A stretch of DNA of 60,226 nucleotides, the filler included, from Catajapyx aquilonaris (lineage: Eukaryota), in the NCBI GenBank assembly GCA_000934665.2. It is 2 parts of 2 records of this genome, joined end to end, with 100 filler letters (N's around TTAATTAATTAA, not from the genome) between each part and the next. Parts side by side here need not be neighbours in the genome. Positions count along the whole stretch, not along the records: positions 30,139 to 60,226 come from JYFJ02004705.1; 1 more part is not named here. One strand, given 5' to 3'. The notes beneath the pieces were generated by a model, which made no database searches, was not told where the DNA came from, and saw nothing but the letters and a program-made list of their open reading frames with translations. Positions 43,030 to 59,379 of this stretch are shown here, in pieces; positions within the stretch are counted from its first letter, which is position 1, and the number at the start of each line of letters is the position of its first letter. The position numbers and the translations under genes were made by a program.

Positions 43030-45477
43030 CTAAGAGGTGTCCATCTTTGCCTTTGCCCAGTCGTGTGGTTCCCACCAACTTGAAAACTCCATCACCTTTT
43101 TGCTCTGCTCCTCAAACCTCTCCCTTCTGGGCTTTCTCCATTTGTGTGGCTCCAGGTCGAGCATGCCTCCAATCACTTCCTCTGCAAAGTTGGCTGGAAA
43201 GTCCTTCTCATCTTCCACAACATGTGCAAATCCTTCCTCCATTCCAAACCCCACCCAGAAGTATGGCAACCCCTTTGGAATTGCCCTCCTGACGTCCCGC
43301 CCCTTCAAGTCCACCAGCTTTTTGTTCATTGCCCATTCTCCCTCGCATTCCATGATGGCCTTCTTGAAGTATATAGGTGCCATCGACCCAGTCTCTAGTG
43401 GAACTGGAACACACTGTAATTTCATGTGTGGATGGTGCCGTAAGCTAGGCACAGTCTCAAAGAATATGACGTCAAGGTCTCGGGTTGAGAACATGTGAAC
43501 GAGAGAGGCACGGAACTGTCTTATTTCAGACCACACATCCTCATCCAGCTGAACTGCACATGATGCATGTGATGAGGCAATTAGGAAGCAGTGACCATCG
43601 GTTAGAGACTCATGCATGGGAAGCGTGAGATACGACAATTTTCCCATGGATACTATCATGTGTCGCTGCAATCTTGGATTCTCAAGGCACAAGGTGCAGC
43701 TCTCCAATGTCTGGTGCTTACGTATTGCTTCAGACTTGGCTCTTTCCATTTCCTTGGCTGCAGTGGACTTCCCAGCCACCCTTGATATGACCTCATCGTC
43801 AAAGGTGTGATCACCATCAATCTTGAACCTTCCCTTCCCTACCATGGCTGCAAACTCGGCATTCTGGTCCTCTGCTGTGGTCATCTTTTCTCGTTGGAAC
43901 ATCTGGTGCAGGGAATATCGGTCATCATCAGGGAAGTAACGAAGCCGCTGCCCATCCTGGTGTGTCTGAACTTTTGGCCTGCGCCTCCCAGATGACTGAG
44001 GTTCAGCAGCTTCCAACCCTCCTCGGATCAATATGACCTCTTGTTGGCCACCCTGTGTGCCCCGTGCCTTCCTAGCATCCTCAAGACGCTTCTTTAGTTG
44101 TGAGGCAAGTGCATCATTACCTAGCAGCTCAGCCTTCACTATCTTGGCTCCTAGTTCATTCATCTCCTTGTCTGTGAGGACACAGGCGTTACTGACAGGG
44201 GAAGCAGACTTTAGTGCAACTTCTGAGCTGGATTCGGGTATTCTGTCAGAAGTCACATGATGGCGGTTACTATCTTTCCTGTTGTCATCAAACTTGTGGC
44301 TTTCTGGAGATCCCCTCCGCGGCTTCCGAGTCTCCTTGCTTGCCACCAATTCTTTACCTCTGTGCGTATCTGGTGACTCCTTACGCCACGTCTGCCTCCT
44401 TCCACCCCCATTACCATCCTCCTGGTGATGATCTGGTGACTCCTTACGCCATGTCTGCCTCCTTCCACCCCCATTATCATCCTCCTGGTGATGATCTGGT
44501 GACTCCTTACGCCACGTCTGCCTCCTTCCACCCCCATTATCATCCTCCTGGTGATGATCTGATGACTCCTTCTTGCGCCAACGCTGGCCTGGGTCATCCC
44601 TTCGTCTCCGGTGGTGCTCACCAGTTTGTGACTCTCTATTTTCATCAGGTTTCAGAAACTGAAATCTTTCTTCTCTGTGATCTGACTTATGACTTTCACT
44701 GTATCTCGATGACCTGTCATTTCTTGGGTAGTGCGCACTACTCCTTGTTGGCTTGTTATTTCGTTGGTTGTGCCATGATGGCCTATCAGCATAGCGCTGT
44801 CCACCTGACCCTTCTGCTTCAGCCAACAACTTTTTCAGCCTATCCAGTGATCCCCAGCGCTCAGCAGCCACCTCCTCCATGCTCCTTGACTCTCTCTCTG
44901 CCTGCTCCTGAACTCTTTGATACGCACGTCTCAGCCACCCAGCTCCCTTGTCCCCAACTCCAGCCTTCCTCTTCTCTTCCTCCTCTCCATCCGTCTGGGG
45001 CAGCCCTGTTCCACCACCTTTCCAGTATGGGTTCAGTTCCCTTGAAGACTGACCTGGACGATCCAGGGTGAGTTGATCAATTTTGGGCTTCTTGCCCTCT
45101 GCAGCTGCCTTCTGCTGACGGAGCTCATTACGGGTGAAACATGGGAATAGGCCAGGTGAGGTCATCCAGTCATCGCGCTGTTGCGGCTGCTGCTCTGGTG
45201 AGGCTTCAAGCTGCTGAATGTGCCCTGTTGACGAGGCCGCAACTGGCGACGCATCACGTGAGTGTTGGGGTGACACGCCACCCTCTGCTGAGTCAGGGTC
45301 GCTGCTGTCTGACCTCCTCCTCCTCTCCCTCTTGTGCTTCTTCTCCTTCTTCCTCTTCTTGTGCTTCTTCTTCTCTTCGCTCCATTCCATCTTCTTCGGC
45401 TGGAATGACTCCTCGCGCGCCTTCTTCTTCTGCTCCATTTCAGCCCTCATCTCCTCCAGAATGAGTTTCGTCGACAT
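43030..45477 (-). CDS. CWF19L2: CWF19-like protein 2, single coding exon (815 aa)
   Basis: Motifs RELNPYWKGGGTGLP, WLRRAYQR, VAAERWGSL, NELGAKIVKAELLGN and RYFPDDD; CwfJ C-terminal domains (CTLC, DEDVWSEI, APIYFKKAIMECEGEW, IPKGLPYF, GFAHVVED). Confidence 0.94.
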   Translation of the reverse strand: MSTKLILEEMRAEMEQKKKAREESFQPKKMEWSEEKKKHKKRKKEKKHKRERRRRSDSSDPDSAEGGVSPQHSRDASPVAASSTGHIQQLEASPEQQPQQRDDWMTSPGLFPCFTRNELRQQKAAAEGKKPKIDQLTLDRPGQSSRELNPYWKGGGTGLPQTDGEEEEKRKAGVGDKGAGWLRRAYQRVQEQAERESRSMEEVAAERWGSLDRLKKLLAEAEGSGGQRYADRPSWHNQRNNKPTRSSAHYPRNDRSSRYSESHKSDHREERFQFLKPDENRESQTGEHHRRRRDDPGQRWRKKESSDHHQEDDNGGGRRQTWRKESPDHHQEDDNGGGRRQTWRKESPDHHQEDGNGGGRRQTWRKESPDTHRGKELVASKETRKPRRGSPESHKFDDNRKDSNRHHVTSDRIPESSSEVALKSASPVSNACVLTDKEMNELGAKIVKAELLGNDALASQLKKRLEDARKARGTQGGQQEVILIRGGLEAAEPQSSGRRRPKVQTHQDGQRLRYFPDDDRYSLHQMFQREKMTTAEDQNAEFAAMVGKGRFKIDGDHTFDDEVISRVAGKSTAAKEMERAKSEAIRKHQTLESCTLCLENPRLQRHMIVSMGKLSYLTLPMHESLTDGHCFLIASSHASCAVQLDEDVWSEIRQFRASLVHMFSTRDLDVIFFETVPSLRHHPHMKLQCVPVPLETGSMAPIYFKKAIMECEGEWAMNKKLVDLKGRDVRRAIPKGLPYFWVGFGMEEGFAHVVEDEKDFPANFAEEVIGGMLDLEPHKWRKPRRERFEEQSKKVMEFSSWWEPHDWAKAKMDTS
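44368..44580 (-). repeat. Coding 63-bp tandem repeat (about 3.3 copies) in CWF19L2
   Basis: Units start at 44368, 44431, 44494 and 44557 and encode WRKESPDHHQEDDNGGGRRQT. Confidence 0.95.
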
Positions 45478-46131
45478 CTTCCGTCCGTCTTCTGACCCTC
45501 GTGCAACTTAGCGAGGCACGCCTGACCAAGATTTCCAACAAAATTCAGACCAAGCTGTGTGATTCAGACAGACTGCAAACACCAGAAACTCCTTCCCTCC
45601 AGGGCTAGCAACTCTTCTCATCATCACTTCCAATCTATTATTAAACCTAACCTGTTCACTGGCATATTCACATTTAGAGGTAAAAAAATAAAATGTAAAT
45701 TGTCGCATAGCTACCTCGTATCCACGCTCGTATCTTAATAATTACGTGGTTAATTTAGTAGCTGCTATTAGTAGCGGTTATTTCTGGTGGGTGGATATTA
45801 ATTATACTACTCACAAAATGCATCAGGCATGACAAGGGCAGTTTTTTGAAAAAAAAAACCATTGACGGTAAGGTAGTGTCTGCGCCTGGTCTGCGCCATC
45901 ATTTTCTTGTTACCCAGTTGAGGGAGTAGCGGGATAATATTTCCATTTTCAAAAATAGCCGCTACATGAAGAGCAGCTATGCGTGTGGTGGTGTTTGTCT
46001 TGTTGACATGTAATCACTCCTGGGCACAGCAGAAACAAGGCGGTGGGGACTGAATCACACTGTAGTTGTCTTCAGGAGTTCAGGTGGTTGGTCTGGACGC
46101 TCCCTATAGCAAAGCACTGGCACGTTCAGAC

Positions 46132-49811
<3,680 letters not shown>

Positions 49812-52280
49812 AGTGATGAAAGGTTTTTATGAACTTGTTTGGTGCAAGTTTGTTGACATTATACAGTATATTATGAATAAAACCACCCTTATAATTATGA
49901 AGTGTGTGAATTTTATTACACAATTATTAGCACACTGGGATATTTGTGTTTGTGTGGTCAGGGATGCCGCCCTTTTCCTCCCAAATGTCAAAATCTGTCA
50001 ACATGGCAGATGAATAAAAAATATTACCAGAGTATAATAAATTCATCTACAAGGGCTTGTAATCTATCACAGGACAAAATATAATTACATCAATTAGCAT
50101 TCCTGCAAGAAACTGTTCTTGCACGTTTATTTCTGCTACACTATTTAGATTTGGCATTTATACTCAAATGCCAACAATCCTGTCATACAAATGCACAAAT
50201 ATATTGATTAGTACAGCTACCCATTTTAGGTAACAAAACAAAAATCAAAAATGCTACATAATTCTTAAAAACCTATACTCGACAGTTCACACTGGCAAAT
50301 GCAATCATCACGTTTCGCGTTTCCATCTGTGTTCGTGCACGACCAGACGTCACAATGATTGTTCTTGCAACAATGAAGTTCATGTAAGCAAGCCAAGAAG
50401 AACATACTGTGTTGACCCAGCATTTTTCAGGTGGTGAAGAGCTGTTTCTTAGATAACGCCACACAATCTTTTGTTGACCTCAGTCAAAACAAATAAATGG
50501 GGAGACATGCAGAGTCCATCAGCACCATTGTTCACTGGATCAAAATCACATTTCTTGTACAACACCTATCCAGCACTAAATAACCTGTCTCCTCACTCTT
50601 CCTCACATGGACAAGTGCCAATTTTGAGACCTTGCTTCAAAGCATCACTTCAGAGACAACCGAGTGTCTCACCACTGTCATATCATTTCACACCAGTGAA
50701 TCTGGAGAGCAATGATGATTATCATACTGCTCTAGCGATTCCATAGGATTAATGAAAATATTAATTGGTTGTCCTGTGATATGCATGTGGTTTCTTAGGT
50801 GATCCTCCTTTAAATCCCCCATCTTTAACTGCTGTGCTGCTGATGGATTCCGTGGAATTGTCATCTCCAAAGGGAACTGCAGTCTACATCCAATAATTGT
50901 TCAAGATAATTGCATCAATATGTTGTGCATGCTTTACAGTAGGAAATCATTAACATTGCCAAAAGCATTCATTTTATGCTTTTCACATGCAAATCCTTAT
51001 GGTAGAACCTGCTTCAGGAAAGCACTTGTATCACATAGTTGTTAAATAACGGCAGCGAAGTATGGAAATGCTCAAAATGTCACTTCTTATTACATGCATG
51101 TCCTTACAGTTGCTTCAACTTCTTCGCAATCAACAAACCAACCTGCACATCTGTGACCATTAGTGAGTCTATGGAATACTGGTAGTGGGAAGAGTGCATT
51201 TACATACCCGCACCTTGGAACATTCAGCCAGCTCTGAGCAAGTTCACAGTCCCTCCAGTACAATGGATGGACTACATGAAAACGACCCTGGCAGAAAAGT
51301 CATGATGTTCGCAATGTGCTGGGAGAGAAATGGCCTGAATTAGGAGAACGTAGGGAGGGAGCACTCACCCACAAGGATTTGCATGGAGATGCATAGGCAT
51401 CTAATATTGGGTAGGTTCTCTATCATTCTCATCAATACAAGTGACAAGTATGAATAAGAACCTACACATTACATTTGCTGCCGCCCATGGCAGGAACTCA
51501 CCAATGCTAATAGGATATATAGTGTGTGCTAAGTACCGGAGTACTTTCATTTATCACAAATTTCACCTAAAGTTATATTTTTGTGTAGCTTTTCTCGCCC
51601 TGATTGAGAAGCCCAATCTCTGTTAGTCTATTATAAAAGGCAAAGTGTTTGTTTGTTTGTCCAGGTTGGGTTACCATGGTATCAACATCAACTGACTGTT
51701 GTTGATTACATCACCATGGAAATAGGCCATCCAAAGACTGGGTTCCGCTGCTACTTGCATTGTATGGTAGAGCTCTGACATACTCGACCACACCTGGGAA
51801 TAATTGGGCACCTTGATTGGGGTAAAAAAGCTACACAAGAATATCAACTGCAAAAATGTGCGATAACTGACAGGATCTGGACGCACTTTATGGCCATCAT
51901 GCCTTCTTGTTGACATCAGAATGGCGCGTCACTCTCTTTGACACAAGCCCTAACTTGTAAAGGAATATTCCATGCATTTATGGTACTGGTATTCTAAGCA
52001 TTCTAAGTCACAGACCTCTTTACCATATCAGTGGCTGCAGATCCCCCTCTAGCTTTACCACACATTGTTGGGTTGTGATTCTTGTGAACTTGGACATTGT
52101 CAAAATCTCAGCATCATTTTTGCGCACAATTATTGGACTTCATAAAAAAGTACTAGTACATCACAGAATAGGTTAGCTTTATAACAGAAAACAAAATAAT
52201 ATCTTGTGAATTCAACTGCAGTTCCCCCTAATCACCTCCCAGCAATGGTCTATTACATCTGGCCTTGTGCCTCTGAAAAT

Positions 52281-55252
52281 TTACACATCTGATACAAGTG
52301 TTGAGACATCTTCATTCTGGTCTGGGTATGAAAACACCTGCACCACAATGACCTCCTCATTGGTATATGTCCCATCATGCTGCTGCACTGGCTTCTTGGG
52401 ATCTCCCTGCTGATACTGCTGGATGTCCATCATTCGCTGCTGTACATGCATTGCTGCTGATGTTGCTGCATATTCTTGCATGTCTCCTGCTTTGTACTGT
52501 GGAACTGCTGACACCATCGTTGCTGCAGATGGATCTTGCTGCTGGCCATGCACTGCCATGTGCTCTCGTAACTTAGTTTTGCGAGGGAAACCTTTGTTGC
52601 ACACAGTGCATTGCCACTGCTTTATGTCCTTGGTATGGGTGCGCTCATGTGCTTGGCAGTTTGACCTAGATGCAAACACTCGCCCACATATTGTGCACTG
52701 ATAAGGCTTCTCACCAGTGTGCACCCGGTAGTGCTTCTTCAGATGGCTCATATCACGGAAGGCGCGGTTGCAGAGATCACACTGAACTGGTTTGGAGCCA
52801 CGGTGTGTCTGGAGGTGAGAGTGCAGATTCTGGGGCACTGGAAATGCCTGTCCACAGTGTTGGCAGATGTATGGCTTCTCGCCAGTGTGCAGACGCCGAT
52901 GATTATTCAGATGGGTCTTGCTGCGAAAGGCCTTTGCACAGAAGTCGCAACTGTAAGGACGCTCATCATTGTGGACTCGCAGATGGATTGTAAGATACTC
53001 CTTGCGGGTGAAGGTCTTCACGCATTGTGGGCATTGGAAGGGCCGGTATGATGAGTGTGTCAGGAGGTGCTGCCGGAGCTGACCTTTGGTGCAGAGCTGA
53101 AGCTTACACACCTCACACACGTACCTGAAGAAACAACATGTTGGTCAGTTTTCCATGCAGTGTGAACAGTATTGCTTTCTTGTTGGACCACCGGGTATTC
53201 ACATTTGCAAGTATGAAAATACAGTGATTATTAAAGTTACAAATAAACATCGCATGAACATCTCAAAAATTAATTATATTTGATTTGCAAAACTACGTGG
53301 AGAAACTTGCCGACCATTCTGTAGTTTAAATTTATCACACACAACTTATTTAAAAATTACATTCAAAATAATCTCCACAACCTGGGTGCTTTTCTGAAAT
53401 TCTCATGATGAATGCACCTTGCCTGTAAAATGTCATGTAGTCAGGAATAAGTTAATACATACCACTTGCAAACATGTCGCCCTGGATCAGCCCCGACGGG
53501 CTTGTCACATTTGGTGCACTTGGATGGTGTTGCTGTTACAGCAACCACTCCAGTATCTTCATCCCCATCACCATTAGTTGTGGACACATGCCGTGTCCGC
53601 CAATGGTAGCTGTATCGACCCCTTGTGGCAAAGCTAATATCACATGTCTTACAGTGAAATGTTTTAGCCACATCTTTCGATGGAGACCCTTTTTCGCTGC
53701 TTTCGGGTACTACTTCCTCCTTCACTTCTGGTGCATCTTCAACAACTGGAACAGGTGCTGTGGTATCTGCATCATCATCAGATTGCTCCTCCTCCTTCAC
53801 ACTGGCATCGCTGACATCATCAGCACTCGACACAGAGGCCTTTCGCTGCGTCCTTCGTCTTGCAGTTGCCCTGCGTCCAACTCTACCTGCCACTGAATCT
53901 TCCGAGGTCTTCTCTTTACTCACAGCTGCTACCATTTCTGGAGAAAAGGGTTTTATAAGGGAAGAGAATTTCTGATAACACATTATGGCCAGTGTGTTTT
54001 TGAGTTACATTATAATTTTGGCCACTGCCCAGTCCCTTACACCTATGAAATCTGTGCTACTGCGAGTGTAACAAATCCTCTAGGTTTAGTTTAGAATAAT
54101 TTAACAACAAATCATCTTAACGAGAAAACTATTTCACAGATACCACTCACAAAGTTTTCGAAATCTCTCACACAAACCTGACCTGAAAACAGCCTTACCA
54201 ATGTCTGCTTCTTCCTCCTCCTCTTCCTCCTGCTCCGAATCTGGCTCTGACTTTGGAGCCTTCTTTCCAGCCACCTTGTGCTGGTTACGTCTATGTGCCA
54301 GCAATGACGTTCTGTTCCTGAAGACCTTCCCACAGTCTGAGCACACAACTGATTTAGACATGCCACACTCTGTCTTCACATGATGCACGTATAGTTTGAA
54401 GTCCACCTTACGGAACTGTTTCTTACATTTTGGGCATGAGAATGAGGGTGGATCAAGTAGGGTTGCTAATATGGGCGGGGTGGATGGGGGAGTCTCAGGC
54501 TTCTTGCGGCGTGTGCGACGTGGTGTCTTTAGCATCGGTTCAGGGTTACTCGGGGAAGGTTGTGGCTCCTCGTTTTCTGCCAAAACCTGAATCCCATACC
54601 GTTCCACTGTTGTGTTGAACTGTTGTGACAGACCCTCTTTGATGGTTCCAATCTTGATTTCCATAGAGTGAACATCCTCAACCAAGGAGAAACACCTTCG
54701 GCACAGCTGATAGCTCTGGAGGCGCATCCTTGACAGGTTAATGCTAAGAACTTGCTGCAGCTTGTCAAACATGAGGAACTTGTATCCATTGGTTACATAC
54801 AGCGATTGTATATCATAGAATGTAGATGTTGCATCTGGACCTTGATCACATATCAGGCACTTTTGTGGCTCCTTTGGTGGTGGTGGTGGCTGTGTAAATT
54901 CTTGCAGCTCCATTGCTTCCAAGCAATCCAATTCTGTGGCACCACCTGAGTCTACCACCTCTTCAGCCATGGTCACCAGCTGGTGGTGTGGCTCCGAATC
55001 CATATTGGGTTGCTGCTTCAACATCTCCATGGAGGCTTCATCCAACAAAGGATGCTCCTCCGGGTGTGCTGATTGCTGCGATGTTTCTTGCTGTTGCTGC
55101 ATCATGTTGGTTATTTCATCGCTCATCCCAACTGGGGAATCAGTGGCACCAGCTAGAAGCATAGCCTCGGTGACTAAGTCAGACTGGGTCAGCACCACAA
55201 ACTGGTTCTGGTTGCCGCTGTCCACCTCCACATACTCTTGTTGTTGGCTCAT
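52281..55252 (-). CDS. ZAD-domain C2H2 zinc finger protein (paralog 1, about 790 aa)
   Basis: Exons 54199-55252, 53463-53937 and 52281-53124 join in frame at GT-AG sites. ZAD-like CLICD...LCRRC followed by a helix, scattered fingers and a 7-finger C-terminal array with TGEKPY linkers. Confidence 0.85.
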
Positions 55253-55853
55253 GGTTGCAGTGTTATGCTGCTGTGTTCTGTAAGAGTAGTTGGATCTGAA
55301 TTTCCATTGCTTATTAAACGAACAATTTACCCAGAAATCGATGAGTTCAAGATATAAATCCAGGACTGTCAACAAGTGAGGCTTATTGAGCAATCACTGC
55401 ACAACACTTTAAAGGCACTGAAAACACTGCACTGACATCAAAGACAATAGCAATGGGCCCCCTCATCACCTCTGGGATAAACATTCTGAATTCCTCACAC
55501 TCTACAGCCAGCATCGAACAATTTACATGTCAGAACTTTCCATGAATATTGCAGGTTATTTTAAAACTGCAATATTGTAAGAGTAGTGTACAAAAAATAA
55601 TTCAAATACCAAACCTTTTCATGACACTAGCATAACACTTGGTTTTTTTTTTAGTAAACATATGCTGCTAAAATACAGTGAACACCCAGTGCTAGGCAAT
55701 TATTCTCATCAAAAGTATTAGATATGGATTGTTGATAAGTCAATGATGCTAGGTATGTTGAGAATGTATAACTCACTATCTAATAACATTTTGTACTAAA
55801 TTTCAAATATAACATAAGTTGTAACATTTCAAATTGAACTTTGTATTTTAGTT

Positions 55854-56035
55854 GAGCCTTCTACTTCTGAGGTCCTGAGTTTGATCCCCAGGTCAGACAC
55901 AGGAATTTATCATGTGGAACGAGTTTCGATAGGTTCTCTGCATTCATCAGTTTTTCTCAGGCTTCTCCTGTTTCCTCAGCAATAAAAATCCATCAGGAAT
56001 GAAGCTAATTAATAAAGTCTGGTCATAAAAGGGAT
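55854..56035 (+). mobile_element. Degenerate SINE family A copy
   Basis: ggtcctgagtttgatccccaggtc ... gagtttcgataggttctct ... ttctcctgtttcctc ... aaaatccatca aligns by eye with the 36239-36497 element. Confidence 0.7.
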
Positions 56036-56182
56036 CACTGCATGTTTGTTTACATGGGAAGAAGCCAAAACAACTAAGGCCACCTGGCTATTAAAAGACT
56101 CCCGATGGATAAGATGGACAGAAAAATGAAGGGAGAAAGAAGAGACGAAAGACTGGTATCTCCATTTGTCTGGTCTCATACC

Positions 56183-56517
56183 CAGGCGTAATTATACAGC
56201 CGTACTTTTGTCGCGGGTAGGCAGTTGGTAATATGCCCCCCCCCCCCACCCCCGCGCAAGGTGGGGGGTGACAGCCTGCAGCAGGCGAAAAAATTTTGTG
56301 TTCAAAGTCACACAAGCTACTGGGAGATTTTAATGGGTGTGTAGGCCTATTTGATGAAATTGAACTGGAACGTGAACTGGAATGATCCCCGGGAATGCAA
56401 CTGCGCCACAATTTTTTCCACAGTACCAGAGACAATTTCGCCCCCCAAATTTGCTGTCCCTGAAAGTTCGCCGCTCTAGGCAGTCGCCTACTTTGCCTAT
56501 TTGGAAATACAGGCCTG
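56183..56517. mobile_element. hAT-like MITE
   Basis: CAGGC...GCCTG ends with a perfect 8-bp TSD CTCATACC at 56175-56182 and 56518-56525; the 3' part resembles about 30545-30610. Confidence 0.75.
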
Positions 56518-57954
56518 CTCATACCCCACAATGCAAATGTGACCCCAACATGTGTAACATGAGAGGCTGCACACTTGTCATCACCCCACTGAAACTAGAG
56601 CTTCCACTTAAAATTCCTCAGAAAAACACAAAAAGATTGACAATTTTAAACTGACGTGAAAAATCAAATAATAATGTTCTGTCCAACTGAGTAATTGCAG
56701 TATCACCACAGGCCTACATTTATGCTTAATAATACAAACAAATTGATGAAAATACCACTGTAAAAAATGCTCAAGTACATACAACATCAATATTAATGAC
56801 CACGCTTATAAGGGTTTGCTTTTTCATAGGTTCACAGCAGACATGGAGTATGTGCCAAGAACGTCAGTTCCTCAACACACGAACACATGTGCCATGCTGA
56901 GGAGCCGAATGTCTCCCTTCCTCCGCATCCCCCATGGACCCTGCGTTTTAAGCGAGATTGGTCATTGCCCTTGGGTGGCCAGCTTCCCCTGGCATCGAAA
57001 CGCATACCATCAGACGAGTGCGAGAGGATGTTCCCCGTCTGTGCCTCCCGCGCCGCCTCCAACCCCGTGCTGTGCCGGGGAGTCCTCCTCCTCCTCCACC
57101 TGATGCCCACTCGACCAATTTCGGAATTATTTCCAGGCTCTCTGGCTACGGGCAGGTAGTAATAACCCTAGCGCGAAGGGCGAGACGCCATTACCCCAAC
57201 ACTGGTATACACAGAAGGGGGGGAGGGCAGGGCCGCAGGGGAGAGGGGGGGAGGGGAGGGGGAGAGGGGGAAAAAAAGAATGCGCTTCCGAACGCAGACG
57301 CATCCGGTTTATGTCCACCACTCCAGGTTCCTCCGCCTCGTCAAATGTGTTGCGGCAACTGCGATGATGGTCTGAAAGACGATGCAACTGGGGTTGGGCT
57401 GCGGAAATAATTACTGGCAAGTGGGGCATAATAAGTGCAGGGGAGAGGCCACAACAAAGGAAGCTGGCGATTTGGCAACGCTGGGCGCAATTGCACTGAA
57501 GGAGGGAGGTGGGAGGAGGAGGAGGAGGGCGCATCCGAATTGCAACAGCCCACTATTGAGCAGATGGCGCCACTGCATCGGACTGATGGGAGGCCGCAGC
57601 GTGACATGAATTAGGAGAATGTTGTTGTCCCAACACGTCGGGAGGTACTTGAAAGGGGGAAATGTGTATGGGGCTTGTTGATTTCATATTGTGTACTTAG
57701 GTGTAGCCAGAGAGCCGGCAGCATGTGGACGGGGGTTAGGGAAGGCTTTTAGAATTCAGAATTATTTTGTGAGTGAAAGTGATGCAAGTATGTCAATGTG
57801 CACTCAGATGTGTCTGATGCGTACTTGGATCTCTTGCAATGAAACAGGGTGGCTTGGGTAAAGCTGGGGAAGTTTTGCATGAGTTGTGACGTCAAATTAT
57901 TGAGTGTTTCACTTGCAGATCTCTGCAACAGTGGCCTGTAAAGCACAACCAAAA

Positions 57955-59379
57955 ATGAGCCAACTACCAGCCTTGGATTTGGCTGACCTGCAAGAGTGCC
58001 CATTTGCATCCGAGAGTGTTCTATCTGATTATGAAACAGTAGATGATGATGACCTGCCTGAAAAATGTTTGGTGTGCAACTCCACTTTCCATGGATCATC
58101 ATACCGAGTTAACTCAGGTCAGGTCAAAGGTGAGTCTTTCATTAGTTGCAGTCGCCTCCAGGAACTTTTGGGTGTCTCCTCAGTGCCTCTGGAGCGTAGC
58201 ACATATCTATGCTCCAGATGCTTTCATCTGGTGCAAGATGTAGGTCACCTGGAGGGAAAAGTGGCCAAGATCAAGATGCAACTGCAGGACATGTACACAA
58301 CAACTTGGAATAATGACTTTTGCATGCTCAGCAACAACATGCCAGAAGTGCAGAAGGAAAGTGCCAGAGATGATATTTCTAATGAACCCAAATCACAGCT
58401 TCTTGCTACACTTAACTCAGTACATCAAAAAAATATTTTCTGTGAAACTAATAGTGACAGCAGTGCAAGTGAGCCTGACCACCCAAGGAGTTATTGCTTT
58501 GGTCCTGGAAAGACAAAACCTGCTTGTCAGAAACTATGCCAATGCACTGTATGTGGTGTAACTTTAACTTCTGATGGTCGCCTTTCCCAGCACATGCGCG
58601 TGAAACATGGCTCACAACACCCTTGCCCACTCTGTTCTCTCACTTTAACCTCTGCCAGTGAGCTGCGCCACCATCTCCTCACTCACCCAACACACAGACC
58701 TTTCCATTGCACCCACTGCCCCAAGACCTTCCAGCGCCGGGAATACTTATCTGTACATCTCCGCACACATACAGATGAGAGGCCCTACCAATGTGATGCA
58801 TGTCCCAAAGCATTTCGGAGCAGATCCCATTTGAACAATCATCGTCGAATTCACACTGGCCAGAAGCCATATGTGTGCCAGTACTGTGGTAAGCAATTCT
58901 CAATGCCACAGAACTTAGCACCTCATTTAAAGACACACACTGGAAAGCGTGGGTTTGGTTGCTCACAGTGTCCAAAGGCATTTTATACATCTGGAGACTT
59001 ACGGAAGCATGAAAGGACACATACAGGGGAGAAGCCATACCAATGCTTGGTGTGTGGTAAATGCTTTGCCAGCAGGACAAATTGCCAGACTCATGAACGA
59101 ATTCACTCCAAGACCAGCAAGGTGTGGAGCTGTGAGGTTTGTGGAAAAGGATTTCCCAGAAGAGCAAAGCTACAAGCACATGCAGCAACACATCAAGAAG
59201 ATATTGGTCGTGCGGAGGAGGTGCTGCCCCTGTCTAGGGTTGATGGTGATATGGAGGAATTAATTTATGAGAATGAAGTTATTGTACCAATTCAGAAGGG
59301 TGAAGAGGTAGAGGTCAGCTGTGAGGGGCAGCAGATGTATGTAGTTGAAGTGTTTTCACTGCCTTCAAGTGAGCAATAG
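57955..59379 (+). CDS. ZAD-domain C2H2 zinc finger protein (paralog 2, 474 aa, single coding exon)
   Basis: ATG at 57955 after acceptor cttgcag (57918); ZAD-like CLVCN...LCSRC; 8 C2H2 fingers, the last seven aligning with the paralog at 52281-53124. Confidence 0.88.
   Translation: MSQLPALDLADLQECPFASESVLSDYETVDDDDLPEKCLVCNSTFHGSSYRVNSGQVKGESFISCSRLQELLGVSSVPLERSTYLCSRCFHLVQDVGHLEGKVAKIKMQLQDMYTTTWNNDFCMLSNNMPEVQKESARDDISNEPKSQLLATLNSVHQKNIFCETNSDSSASEPDHPRSYCFGPGKTKPACQKLCQCTVCGVTLTSDGRLSQHMRVKHGSQHPCPLCSLTLTSASELRHHLLTHPTHRPFHCTHCPKTFQRREYLSVHLRTHTDERPYQCDACPKAFRSRSHLNNHRRIHTGQKPYVCQYCGKQFSMPQNLAPHLKTHTGKRGFGCSQCPKAFYTSGDLRKHERTHTGEKPYQCLVCGKCFASRTNCQTHERIHSKTSKVWSCEVCGKGFPRRAKLQAHAATHQEDIGRAEEVLPLSRVDGDMEELIYENEVIVPIQKGEEVEVSCEGQQMYVVEVFSLPSSEQ

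Noticed and set aside
44214..45071. 285-aa plus-strand ORF with repeats
   Set aside because: Antisense reading of the CWF19L2 coding minisatellite.
53382..53422. Possible 41-nt cassette exon in ZAD paralog 1 (ttttacag|...CCCAG|gttgtg)
   Set aside because: Inclusion shifts the frame; the flanking exons already join in frame.
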